Origin: an uncultured Gammaproteobacteria bacterium
GTDB taxonomy: Bacteria > Patescibacteriota > Microgenomatia > UBA8517
DNA length: 64,000 nt
NCBI GenBank assembly: GCA_964583685.1
Contig: CAZOVJ010000001.1
Location: 4,033-68,032 of the forward strand
Direction: 5' to 3'
Positions 9,727 to 19,405 of this stretch are shown here, piece by piece. Both the position numbers and the translations under genes were made by a program. Within the stretch, counting starts at the first letter, position 1, and the number at the start of each line of letters is the position of its first letter. Below the pieces are notes generated by a model, which was given only the letters and a program-made list of their open reading frames with translations, did not search any database and was not told the DNA's origin.

Positions 9727-10206
9727 TTAATCTTTCCTCATTTTATCCACAATTTTTAATTTCCCCGAAGATTTAGCGAAGAACAAAGCTAATTTTGACA
9801 ATAGGTAAACTATAGGTAGGGAGATTTTGATAACCTTTCCTATTATGGGATTGACAGGATTGACAGAGGGTGTTAGAGTATTTGTAGTACATTTAAAAAC
9901 AAAAAGAGCATCGCTATCGTTGGTCTATTCTGAAAAAATCGGAACCTTACCACGAATAGAAATGCTCTTTAAATGCAATCTATCTTGTGTTTCCCGCAGA
10001 GCGGGAGAGGACAGGCAACAAGATAAATCAAATTCAGACTAATCGTAAAGAGAGTCTTTTGTCAAGCCCTAGTTTGCCGCGTATGACGCGGTTTACCACG
10101 TCTGACGTGGTTTGATTCGGCCCCGAAAGGGACGGGTGGTGTGTAGGGCAGGCGCACTACCCGCTCCTTTTGGAGCCGAATTTTAATTACCATTGGGCTA
10201 GTTTTT

Positions 10207-10872
10207 ATGCAAGAAATAATTGTTTATCATGCTTATAACTGTTCTGATTATGCTCATGGAGAGCTCTGGCTAGCAGGCTATTCCTGGGCTAGGTTTTTAA
10301 GAAGAAGTAGCAAGATTTTGGCAGGCTTAGGCATCCTGGTTTTCCTCATTTCTTTTATACCCTCGTTTTACTATTCGTTCAAGCCAACAAAGGCGGTTGT
10401 TGTTTCTCAAGCAAAAGTGGAAGAAAACAGGCCAGTATATCAACCAAATTATAACTCTCAGCTTCCCAAACAAAATCGCTTGCTCATTAACTCTATTGGC
10501 GTAGATACCCCAATAAAGGAAGCATTGAACGAGAATAGTGAGGATGCCCTCAGGCAGGGAGCTTGGCGGGTTCCTGAGTTTGGCTCTCCGGCCAGCCGTG
10601 AACAACCGTTGATTTTGGCTGCCCATAGATTTGGCTATTTAAAGTGGAGTGATAGTTATCGCCGTCAGAATTCTTTTTACAATTTACCCAAATTAAAAAA
10701 AGGAGATGTTGTTAGGATTATTTGGAAACAGAGAAAATATGTTTACGAAATTTATGGCTTAGAAGAGGGGGAAGAGATTCTTGACTATAGTGCAGACCTT
10801 ATTCTTTATACCTGTAAATTTTTAGATTCATCGGTACGGATTTTTCGTTACGGCCGTTTGCTAGAAGTATAA
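10207..10872 (+). CDS. sortase
   Basis: N-terminal TM segment; catalytic His (LAAHRFG), Cys (LILYTC) and Arg (VRIF). Confidence 0.85.
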   Translation: MQEIIVYHAYNCSDYAHGELWLAGYSWARFLRRSSKILAGLGILVFLISFIPSFYYSFKPTKAVVVSQAKVEENRPVYQPNYNSQLPKQNRLLINSIGVDTPIKEALNENSEDALRQGAWRVPEFGSPASREQPLILAAHRFGYLKWSDSYRRQNSFYNLPKLKKGDVVRIIWKQRKYVYEIYGLEEGEEILDYSADLILYTCKFLDSSVRIFRYGRLLEV

Positions 10873-10933
10873 CCTATAATTTGACATTTGCTGGAAATTT
10901 ATATAAAATTGCCTTTGTTACTTTTTATTTAAG

Positions 10934-11191
10934 ATGGCGAGACGAATCTTGACGACATTGACAATTTTTTGTGCAGCTTTGACAAGACCGCAGGTTATTC
11001 ATGCCCAGCAATATGGTCAGGAAGCCGAGGTTCTGGGCGCCCAAGCACCAGAAATTGTTCATGAACCCATTCCTGCAGCCCTGGGTGATTTTAACTTTCT
11101 AGCTCTTGGTCTAGGCTTGCTTCTGGCTTCAGCTGTTCTTTTTTATCTTTCCAAAAGAATGCAATCTCGCTCCAGGTCGATTATCAACTAA
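10934..11191 (+). CDS. small secreted protein with a C-terminal sorting-signal-like TM and basic tail
   Basis: Signal peptide ending VIHA, HEPIPAALG motif, hydrophobic helix, KRMQSRSR tail; upstream TTGACA...TAAAAT promoter-like sequence. Confidence 0.7.
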   Translation: MARRILTTLTIFCAALTRPQVIHAQQYGQEAEVLGAQAPEIVHEPIPAALGDFNFLALGLGLLLASAVLFYLSKRMQSRSRSIIN

Positions 11192-11526
11192 TTCACCTTA
11201 AAAAATAGGGAGCAGATCGAGGAAACGGAAAATTTGTAAGCAGAAAAATGTCCGTGAGAGGTTCACGAATAGTTTTCTGCTTGTAAACGGCAGAAGCTTT
11301 ACTAGGTTCAAGAAACTTGAAAGCCAAGTTTCTTTTGGGTTTAGCGAAGAGCACATTTAAAGAGGCAAGGGAGCACCTTTGGGTGCGACCGCAAGGCATG
11401 GCATCTCCTGATTGGGCAGCCTGTTTTGGATATGATTTTTGCTTGATTTTGAATTTGTTGTTATTAAAAATTGTGTCCAATACGGGCTTGCCCAATCAAG
11501 AAAGCTAGTTTTTAGGAGGTGCGCCA

Positions 11527-12306
11527 ATGATGAAGCGCATTCGCAAAGTGGCCGTTTTTCTTGCGGAATTGGTGGTTATTGCTGCTGCTCTGATTCTGTT
11601 GGTCCTGGGACTGGCAACTGCGCTGAATTCGGATAAATTCCTTCTCGCATTTGGCCCAGGAACTACGGGAATCACTTCGGCACAAACACCAGCGGCAGCT
11701 CTACAACGCCCAGTCCAGCCAGTGCTGACACCGCAGCCGGTGGCAATCCCAGCCGTAAATGGATGGCCAGAGACTTTGTTTCGATCGCCAGTCCAAAGAA
11801 CGGCCGTGTTTAATCAAGAAAGCTCCTGGCTAATTGCTGAGCCAGGTGTGCTGTTGGATAACACTACAGCCTGGACAGTGGCGTCCGTCGATACTTCCTA
11901 TTGGGCAAATGTGCCCGAGGGAGGTTTTACCTTCTTCTCGATGGGAGAAGGTACAATCGCTATCGATGGAGTAGATCTGGCGCTTCCCGGTGAGGAGGGT
12001 CTAAACTACCTAGTCCTCGTTCGGGGAAGAATTGATGACAACATCATTGATTCCGATCTGAACGAGACAGCGAGGGTTGCTGATTTCGTGCCCGGCCACG
12101 CTATTTGGAGTCATATGCCCACAGGGGCATACATCTCCAAGGACTGGTTTCGTGAGCAGCTAGTTGCCAGTACGACTAGAGGCTTTACGAATTGCGGTGC
12201 CACGGGATGCAGTAGAGTTAGGGTAGTCCTGTTCGATGTCGGTTCACATTTCCATCAGATGTTCGAAGTGAAAGCCGGCACATTGAATTGGACATTGCTC
12301 GGGTAA
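11527..12306 (+). CDS. membrane-anchored hypothetical protein (259 aa)
   Basis: AGGAGG RBS, N-terminal TM helix, Pro/Gln linker, downstream hairpin at 12365-12412. Confidence 0.75.
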   Translation: MMKRIRKVAVFLAELVVIAAALILLVLGLATALNSDKFLLAFGPGTTGITSAQTPAAALQRPVQPVLTPQPVAIPAVNGWPETLFRSPVQRTAVFNQESSWLIAEPGVLLDNTTAWTVASVDTSYWANVPEGGFTFFSMGEGTIAIDGVDLALPGEEGLNYLVLVRGRIDDNIIDSDLNETARVADFVPGHAIWSHMPTGAYISKDWFREQLVASTTRGFTNCGATGCSRVRVVLFDVGSHFHQMFEVKAGTLNWTLLG

Positions 12307-12364
12307 AAACCCTGCGCTTATGGAGTGTTGGACCCGTCTGTTTTGTCTCTCACCCTAGTACCTC

Positions 12365-12412
12365 AAAGGGCAACTTCGCAGTCTTCGGACATGCAATAGT
12401 AGGTTGCCCTTT
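12365..12412 (+). terminator. hairpin/terminator-like element
   Basis: AAAGGGCAAC...GTTGCCCTTT inverted repeat downstream of the 259-aa gene. Confidence 0.45.
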
Positions 12413-12464
12413 CATCTGAATTAGTAATTTATTGATATGAAATTGCTAACTGAGATGAGAGAGT

Positions 12465-15400
12465 ATGGTTAAGAAAATTTTCAGAAAACTTCAGAAACTG
12501 GCTTTCCCAACGTTTTTGCTTTTAATAGTTGGAATTGTTTGCTGGCAAAACTTTGAGCCCAGAACTTGGTTTTCAGGTTGGGATACACTTCATCCAGAAT
12601 TCAATTTTCCCTTGTACTTTAAACGAACTTTTTCTGGTGCTTGGCAAGAACACCAAGGAGTGGGGGCGCCTGCGGCCCAAGCCCATGTCGCTGAGTTACC
12701 CAGGCTTTTTATTGTCTTTCTTTTAGATATTTTTTTCCCCGACTCTTTTGTTCGTTATGGATTTTTCTTTTTAACTCTCTTTGTCGGTGCCTTAGGAATG
12801 TATTTTTTACTGGTTTATGTTCTGAAAGGGCAAAAGAGTTTAAAAAAATCTGGGGCCTCGTTTTTAGGAGCTCTTTTTTACTTACTTAACTTAACCACAC
12901 TGCAACACTTTTATGTGCCCCTAGAGATGTTTGCGACTTACTTTGCTGTCCTCCCTTGGCTTTTTTTGTTTACTTTGCGGTTTTTGCAAAAAGGGAGAAG
13001 GGCTGATCTTTTATTTTTCTGCCTCGTCACAATTTTTGCCGCTCCTATGGCCCACACAGCCACCCTCTTTTATGTTTATTTTGTTTTATGGCTGGTTTTC
13101 CTTTTTGGTTTTCAAGTTTTAACAAGAAAAGATTACATTTTGGCGAGGACAGTAAAGCTAGTGGTTTTGAGTTTGATCCTTAATACCTACTGGCTTTTAC
13201 CAAATATCTATTATGTGGCTAGGCATGCCAGAGATGTAGAGATTTCAAGAATTCATAGTAATTTTAGTGACGAAGCCTTTTTACAAAGCAAATCTTTTGG
13301 AACTTTTTCAGATTTAGCTCTTCAAAAAAACTTTCTTTTTAATTGGCGAGAATATAATTTTGAAAGTCAAGAGTTTGTCAAGCTTCTTGATGAGTGGCAA
13401 ATCCATTTGGCCAGGCCAGGAGTTGAGCTAGTGGGATATATTGTTTTTGGCATTGCAATGGTTGGAGTTATTGTTTCAGTTTTTAAAAAATCAAAATTAG
13501 GTTTCTCTTTATTGCCAGTCTTGGGAATTGTCATCTTTTTTTGGATTAACGAAAACTTTCCCTTTACCTTGATTTACAGCTTTCTGCGCGCAAATATTTC
13601 TTTATTTCGTGAGTCTTTGAGATTTCCTTTTACTAAATTTTCTATTTTCTTAGCATTTTCTCTTGCTGTTTACTTTGCTTATGGATTGTCCTTCCTTCTA
13701 GGAAAGTTGAATTCAATTAAGTTGAGCTTACCCATCTCGGTTATAATATTTTCTGGTCTTATTTATTTTTCCTGGCCTGCCTTTAGAGGATACCTCATAA
13801 GTCCCTCGATGAAGGTGGGAATACCCCAAGAGTATTTTGAAATGTTTGAATGGTTTGAGAGTCAAAATGATAATGGCAGAGTAGCTGGGCTTCCCCTGTA
13901 CACACTTTGGGGGTGGGGTTTTTATTCTTGGGGGTATCAGGGAGCGGGCTTTAGCTGGTTTGGTATTCCCCAACCTATTTTAGATAGAGAATTTGATCGC
14001 TGGAGTCCTTATAATGAAAGTTTTTACAATGAGGCGAGTTTTGCCCTTTATCAGGAAAACCTGGAAGCTTTTGAGGAAGTCTTGGAAAAATATCAAGTTC
14101 AATATTTGTTGCTTGATGAGTCTCTCATCAACGCCGGGGGAGATGAGAAGCTTTTATACATTCCTGAAATCAAAGAATTGTTAAACAAATCTGAGCATAT
14201 AAATAAAGAAAAAGAGTTTAACTACACCTTGCCGACAGGGGGGTTCCTGAGTGTTTACAAAACAGATTTCGAAGCCAGTTTTGTTTGGACGCCAGAAAAA
14301 TTTGCCAGTGTTAAGGCTGATTTGACTTATTCTGAATATGATCCGCTTTATCAAGAGTTTGGAACATATATTTTGGCTGAAGATGGGGTTCTATATCCAT
14401 TTGTTAACTTTGACCCGCGTTCAAATATTCAAATATTAATTAAAGATAGTAATATACACTTTGTTAGGAATTTTGATCGTCCAATTGAGGCTAAAGAATT
14501 GAGACTACCTGATTTAACTGAGAAAGAGGAAGTTTTACAGATAATGCCTGATTTAACAAAAGGAGAAGGTAGGTATGATATTGTTTTAGGTTTGTTAAGT
14601 CAAACTGCCCGATTATGTTCGAGCCCAAAGCAAAAGTTTGATTTGAACCTGCAAGGTGGAGGATTTGAGCTGGAGGTTGGTAAGGAATCTGTTTGTTTGG
14701 GGCAACATTTTTCTTTGGAAGAAGAGCGTTTATTGCAAGTTTCTTACGACTTTGAGTCAGCGGCTGGATTATCTCCCCAATATTGTGTTACCAAAGTAGG
14801 TGAACAAGGATGTTTAAATGATGGTTTATCTCAATTTGTTCGGCTAGAAGCGGGAGAATATTGGCTTGATTTTGTGGCCCAAGCACAAGAATTTGCTAAA
14901 GCAAAAATTGTCTATAAAAATTTGGAGATTAAAACTTTTCCTTACAAGACAAACAAGCTCTCCTCTGTCTTGTCTGTATCAACTGGGGAGGGAAAGGAAA
15001 TAAGAGTGGCTGTCTCTGGCCTGGCGAAGATAGGAGAGACTTTTTCTCCTGGCAGGGGCAATGCAAAAGCTATTAATTGTGATTCTGCCAAACAGGGAGC
15101 AGTTAAGAGGCAAAATACAGACAGAGGAGTGCTGTACAGGGCTGAGGAGGGGGGTGTGAGTTGCGATTCCTTTTATTATCCTAGTCTTGATTATTCCCGT
15201 GCTTATCTGATGAGATTGAAAGGAGAGAACAGAGAAGGTAGGAGTTTGAAGATTTATTTACAGAACAATAAGACTAAAAGGTTTGACATAGAAGAACTTT
15301 TACCAGAAGGTGAATTTGATGTTTTTTTTGTCATTTTGCCAAAAGAAATAGAGGGTGCAGGTTATACCTTGAATTTGGAAACTCGCTCATTTGGTAGGAT

Positions 15401-15860
15401 TTTCTCAGAGAATGTTTTGGAAAAAATAGAGTTTGTGCCGATTCCTTTAGATTGGCTGTCGGAAATACGCTTTGTCGGCGATACTGAGACGGGTAATTCT
15501 GTAAACAATTTGGAGATAAAAAGTACTCAGAAAATTGGTACGGCCTTTTATAAAGTGCGGACAAAAGGAGATGGATTGCTTGTTCTTGGCCAAGGTTATG
15601 AGGAGGGATGGGGGGCTTTTTCAATGACCAATGCTAAATGGCCAATGCTAAAAAAACTTGAACACCCAAAGGTTAATTCCTGGGCCAATGGCTGGCTAAT
15701 TCCAACCGCGCCGTCCACCGTCCACCGTTCACCGACCACTATTTTCATCTTTTATTGGCCCCAGCTTTTAGAATATCTAGGATTCCTCTTTTTACTGGCC
15801 ATTCCTGTCATATTAAAGCTTGAGAACAGGGGAACAAAAAACAGGCAGGAAATGATATAA
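12465..15860 (+). CDS. multi-pass membrane protein, GT-C-fold glycosyltransferase-like (YfhO/AftD-like), with a large extracellular C-terminus
   Basis: About 13 hydrophobic helices; GWDTLHPE, LRFPFTKF and late NSWANGW motifs; final TM helix. Confidence 0.6.
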   Translation: MVKKIFRKLQKLAFPTFLLLIVGIVCWQNFEPRTWFSGWDTLHPEFNFPLYFKRTFSGAWQEHQGVGAPAAQAHVAELPRLFIVFLLDIFFPDSFVRYGFFFLTLFVGALGMYFLLVYVLKGQKSLKKSGASFLGALFYLLNLTTLQHFYVPLEMFATYFAVLPWLFLFTLRFLQKGRRADLLFFCLVTIFAAPMAHTATLFYVYFVLWLVFLFGFQVLTRKDYILARTVKLVVLSLILNTYWLLPNIYYVARHARDVEISRIHSNFSDEAFLQSKSFGTFSDLALQKNFLFNWREYNFESQEFVKLLDEWQIHLARPGVELVGYIVFGIAMVGVIVSVFKKSKLGFSLLPVLGIVIFFWINENFPFTLIYSFLRANISLFRESLRFPFTKFSIFLAFSLAVYFAYGLSFLLGKLNSIKLSLPISVIIFSGLIYFSWPAFRGYLISPSMKVGIPQEYFEMFEWFESQNDNGRVAGLPLYTLWGWGFYSWGYQGAGFSWFGIPQPILDREFDRWSPYNESFYNEASFALYQENLEAFEEVLEKYQVQYLLLDESLINAGGDEKLLYIPEIKELLNKSEHINKEKEFNYTLPTGGFLSVYKTDFEASFVWTPEKFASVKADLTYSEYDPLYQEFGTYILAEDGVLYPFVNFDPRSNIQILIKDSNIHFVRNFDRPIEAKELRLPDLTEKEEVLQIMPDLTKGEGRYDIVLGLLSQTARLCSSPKQKFDLNLQGGGFELEVGKESVCLGQHFSLEEERLLQVSYDFESAAGLSPQYCVTKVGEQGCLNDGLSQFVRLEAGEYWLDFVAQAQEFAKAKIVYKNLEIKTFPYKTNKLSSVLSVSTGEGKEIRVAVSGLAKIGETFSPGRGNAKAINCDSAKQGAVKRQNTDRGVLYRAEEGGVSCDSFYYPSLDYSRAYLMRLKGENREGRSLKIYLQNNKTKRFDIEELLPEGEFDVFFVILPKEIEGAGYTLNLETRSFGRIFSENVLEKIEFVPIPLDWLSEIRFVGDTETGNSVNNLEIKSTQKIGTAFYKVRTKGDGLLVLGQGYEEGWGAFSMTNAKWPMLKKLEHPKVNSWANGWLIPTAPSTVHRSPTTIFIFYWPQLLEYLGFLFLLAIPVILKLENRGTKNRQEMI

Positions 15861-15868
15861 TTGTAAGG

Positions 15869-16156
15869 ATGGCACTACCCAAATTTTTACAACCATATCT
15901 TGCCTCTTATGACCTGTCTAAGTTGGACATCAAAAAAGATAGAGAGTTAATTATCACCGAACTTCTCAATAAAGGAGATTCCAGAGCACTTTCCTGGTTG
16001 GGAAAAACCTGTTCCCGGAAAGAAATCAAAGAGGTCATCAGCAATCCTATAAAAGGGATGTGGATGGAAAGCGTTCTCTCTTATTGGCTGCGTATTTTGG
16101 ATATTAAGCTGCCAGAAAAGACTTTTAAACAGGCACTGATTAATTTACACCCTTAA
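15869..16156 (+). CDS. DUF6922-like putative antitoxin
   Basis: SYDLSKLDIKKDRELIITELLNKGD resembles the DUF6922 pattern; directly precedes an AbiEii gene. Confidence 0.65.
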   Translation: MALPKFLQPYLASYDLSKLDIKKDRELIITELLNKGDSRALSWLGKTCSRKEIKEVISNPIKGMWMESVLSYWLRILDIKLPEKTFKQALINLHP

Positions 16157-16801
16157 ATGAAAGACATCTATCCGGAGATTCTTGGTAAAAACCAAGCCCT
16201 TATTCTTCCCAGGTTTAGCTTTCTAAAAAAGAAAGGGTTTTATTTGGCTGGAGGTACTGCCCTAGCTCTTCAAGTTGGACATCGTAGTTCGGTTGATTTT
16301 GACTTTTATAATCCTCAAAAATTCGATATAAAAGAGCTCTATGATGAAATTGAAAAAGTCTTTGGGAAAAAGACCCAGAAAACTCTCCAAGAAAAAGATA
16401 CTCTTTTTTGTACAATCAATGACAAAGTAGGGGTATCTTTCTTTTACTACGACTATTCTCTAATTAAAAAACCCAGAGTAGTGAAGGGTATTCTTTTAGC
16501 TAGCATCGAAGATATCGCTGCCATGAAGCTCATTGCTATTAGCCAAAGGCCGCTTAAAAGAGATTATATTGACATCTTCTTTATTTTAAAAATTTTTAGT
16601 CTTAAAAAAATATTCTCTTTTGCTAAGAAAAAATATCCCAGGTTTAATGAATATTATGTTTTGCGAGCCTTAACTTATTTTGAAGACATAAAAGACGAAG
16701 GGGAGAGAGCGATTAAAATCTTGGCCAAAAATTTCTCCTGGGAAAAGGCGAAAAAGAAAATTTTTGAGGAAGTCAAGGATTATCAAATGGTGATGATATA
16801 G
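16157..16801 (+). CDS. AbiEii/AbiGii-family nucleotidyltransferase toxin
   Basis: FYLAGGTALALQVGHRSSVDFDF and DIAAMKLIAISQRPLKRDYID motifs. Confidence 0.9.
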   Translation: MKDIYPEILGKNQALILPRFSFLKKKGFYLAGGTALALQVGHRSSVDFDFYNPQKFDIKELYDEIEKVFGKKTQKTLQEKDTLFCTINDKVGVSFFYYDYSLIKKPRVVKGILLASIEDIAAMKLIAISQRPLKRDYIDIFFILKIFSLKKIFSFAKKKYPRFNEYYVLRALTYFEDIKDEGERAIKILAKNFSWEKAKKKIFEEVKDYQMVMI

Positions 16802-16832
16802 GCTAATCCCGCTCAGCGGGATTTTTCTTTTT
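16802..16832 (+). repeat. 31-bp direct repeat copy 1 (terminator-like hairpin plus U-tract)
   Basis: GCTAATCCCGCTCAGCGGGATTTTTCTTTTT, identical to 19406-19436. Confidence 0.85.
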
Positions 16833-17077
16833 ATAGACATTATAATTCAAGTAGTATCTGGTTCTTTAGAATTCAATTTTTAAAAAGGCCAGTAAATAAT
16901 GATGTTTTATCTCCAAGAATAGCCAGCAATGAAAAAGTGTGAGGTAGTATTTATAGGTTGGAACAGTACCCTGCAACGAAACTGGCCTATACAAAACAAA
17001 TAGTTTGCATAGTAACAAATTTAGTCCTATAATAGCTCTTAGCACATTAACACGATAACAATATAAGGAGAACTACT

Positions 17078-18382
17078 ATGTTCTTAGCATTGTCTGCACC
17101 GGTAACTACCCAGTGGGAGTTAACAGATTGGTGCAACCTTTTGTGTGTACACTGTTACAACTACTGGCGTGCCGGAAAAAGGAGGGGTAAGGTTACAATT
17201 ACACCACAGTTCCACGCAACATCACAGCGAGTTGTAAGTGAACTTGTAAAGAATGGGGTGTTTTCTGTAACTATTACTGGCGGTGAACCACTTGTGGTTC
17301 TTAATGATGTTTATCCATATCTTGAGTTGTTGAGGGACAATGGGATCCAAATTAATGTTAATTCAAATTTAACATTGATGACAGATAAAGTGGCCCAGAA
17401 ACTCCGCAGACTGGGAATCCGTGGGGTGTTAACCTCACTTATGACTGATGATCCTTCTCTCAATGACCAGCTAGCTTGTACGCCAGGGGCACACAAAAGG
17501 ACTGTTCGCGGCATAAAAATCGCACAAGAACATGGCTTCAAGGTCTTTGTTAACATGGTGGTAACAAAGAAAAACCTTAAACGTGTATTTCCAACTGCGT
17601 CATTTGTGGCGAGCTTGGGTGTTACCAACTTCTCTGCTACAAAAGCCGCGACGCCCGGTAATGCTTTTGATTTCAGTGAATATCGTCTATCCCGGGAGGA
17701 ATTCCACGAGATGCTTAGAGAACTTGTTCGCGCGAGAGACGAACTTGGCCTAAGTATTGATTCACTGGAATTTTATCCAGCCTGTGCCTTTCCCAACGCG
17801 GAGCTGGCAAAACCGTTCTCGCATCGCCGATGCACGGCAGGAAGAACAATGTGCACAATTGGATCCAACGGTGAAATTCGTCCATGTTCCCACGCACCAA
17901 TGAACTATGGAAATATCAACGAGGGATTAAAGGTTGTCTGGGAAAGGCTCAGCTCCTGGAGAACCGATGAATTTCTACCGGATGAATGTAGGGATTGCCC
18001 CCTCCGCTTCACTTGTGGGGGTGGCTGTAAAACTGAAGCTTACATAACAAATGGCAGCTTGAAATCGCTCGACCCCTACGGCAGTGGTATTCCAGTAATA
18101 GTGCAATATAGCATGGAAACACGAGACTTTCCTGCTCAGGCTATCTTCACGGTAAACCCCCTAGTACGAATGCGTCCTGAGTCATTCGGGGGCATTTTGT
18201 TCCGCAGGTCAAGGAGCTGGATACCGGTAACCCGAGACCTGTTTAGACTTGTAAAACTGTACAGGCAAACGGGCTTCACGGCACAATACCTGGCAGAAAC
18301 TCTGGGTACAAGTATCGAGGAAGTTCTCCCGACATTGACATTGTTGGTCAACAAGGATATAATCCTTGCCAACGGTTCGTGA
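17078..18382 (+). CDS. radical SAM/SPASM peptide maturase with a C-terminal RRE (MftB/PqqD-like) domain
   Basis: WELTDWCNLLCVHC (CxxxCxxC), TGGEP, SPASM CTAG...GEIRPC...CRDC..TCGGGC; C-terminal VRMRPESFGGILF followed by a winged-helix-like segment. Confidence 0.9.
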   Translation: MFLALSAPVTTQWELTDWCNLLCVHCYNYWRAGKRRGKVTITPQFHATSQRVVSELVKNGVFSVTITGGEPLVVLNDVYPYLELLRDNGIQINVNSNLTLMTDKVAQKLRRLGIRGVLTSLMTDDPSLNDQLACTPGAHKRTVRGIKIAQEHGFKVFVNMVVTKKNLKRVFPTASFVASLGVTNFSATKAATPGNAFDFSEYRLSREEFHEMLRELVRARDELGLSIDSLEFYPACAFPNAELAKPFSHRRCTAGRTMCTIGSNGEIRPCSHAPMNYGNINEGLKVVWERLSSWRTDEFLPDECRDCPLRFTCGGGCKTEAYITNGSLKSLDPYGSGIPVIVQYSMETRDFPAQAIFTVNPLVRMRPESFGGILFRRSRSWIPVTRDLFRLVKLYRQTGFTAQYLAETLGTSIEEVLPTLTLLVNKDIILANGS

Positions 18383-18418
18383 ACAACTTGTTGCTTGTTG
18401 TTAAGGAGGCTTAAGGCC

Positions 18419-18586
18419 ATGAACGAACCTTGCGAGGTGCTGCCAGGGATTGTATCTCTGTATGCAGCAGGTGCCTGTGATTGCGACGGAGCCGACTGCG
18501 ACTCAGCTGCCGGGCAAGACTCAGGTTGCGACAGTGGTTGCGTCTGTGATGCCGGAGGCGATTCCGGAGATTGTTACGGCGGTTAG
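18419..18586 (+). CDS. Cys/Asp/Gly-rich peptide, putative RiPP precursor (55 aa)
   Basis: AGGAGG at 18404-18409 before ATG 18419; MNEPCEVLPGIVSLYAAGACDCDGADCDSAAGQDSGCDSGCVCDAGGDSGDCYGG, 36 nt after the rSAM stop. Confidence 0.75.
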   Translation: MNEPCEVLPGIVSLYAAGACDCDGADCDSAAGQDSGCDSGCVCDAGGDSGDCYGG

Positions 18587-18722
18587 TGCAAGATAGGCAC
18601 CAACACACAGAGAGCATCCATTGAGTTTAACTCAAAATCACACTCGTGATTGCCTAATAAGCTGGATGCTCCTCTTCATTTATAATGCGAGACATTATCC
18701 ATAGTATAATAAAATAATAAAA

Positions 18723-19385
18723 ATGATATTTGTTGTTAAATATTCAAAAGAAAAAGATATCTGGAATCATCTTAATACCAACTGGAAATTTTCATATCGA
18801 AAACACGGCAGGGAAGATATTCTGGAGAGAATCCGTAAAAGTTATCCTGATGAGTTCATCAACAATCTTCAGAAAGCCAAAAGCGAAAAGAGGGCAAGGG
18901 TGGTAATTAACAACTTTCTCGATACACTACCTAAGAGTTTCCACGACATTACACCGCTTATTGTACGAGGCGTTGAGCAGCTGCTCAACGAAAAGAAGAG
19001 TGAAATTGTGGGCAAATTGGAGAAAGTATTTGAAGAAAAGTTCCCCTTCAGTAATATCACTGTATATCTCTCAACTTGTCTTTTTTACCCTTACAGCTAT
19101 AAACAAAGATGGTACCTGTTAGGAAGAAACTCAAGCGAAGAGAATCACATAAAGATAACACTTCATGAACTAAACCACTTTATGTTCTACTATTATTATC
19201 CTCACTTGAAAAAAGATTTAGGAAAGGAAAAATACGAAGTATTGAAAGAAGCGCTGGCAATTTACACCAATCCGGAAGGAAACGACAAACCGGGAGTACA
19301 AAGGCTGGAAAGCTATTTTAAAGAAAATGCAAGCAAGTCATTAAAAAAACTTCTTGCAAAAAAGGACTGGAGAAAACTTTTATAG
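18723..19385 (+). CDS. hypothetical protein with an HExxH motif (putative zinc metallopeptidase)
   Basis: ITLHELNHFMFY followed by a downstream Glu (LKEALA), gluzincin-like spacing. Confidence 0.55.
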   Translation: MIFVVKYSKEKDIWNHLNTNWKFSYRKHGREDILERIRKSYPDEFINNLQKAKSEKRARVVINNFLDTLPKSFHDITPLIVRGVEQLLNEKKSEIVGKLEKVFEEKFPFSNITVYLSTCLFYPYSYKQRWYLLGRNSSEENHIKITLHELNHFMFYYYYPHLKKDLGKEKYEVLKEALAIYTNPEGNDKPGVQRLESYFKENASKSLKKLLAKKDWRKLL

Positions 19386-19405
19386 TTTACCAGTCTTTGT
19401 TACAA

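Noticed and set aside
9743-9751. DnaA box TTATCCACA as a replication origin
   Set aside because: Single copy; no box cluster and no dnaA/dnaN nearby.
17078-18586. Mycofactocin or PQQ biosynthesis
   Set aside because: The peptide lacks the MftA IDGxCGVY tail and the PqqA ExxxY motif, and no mftD/E/F or pqqB/C genes are adjacent.
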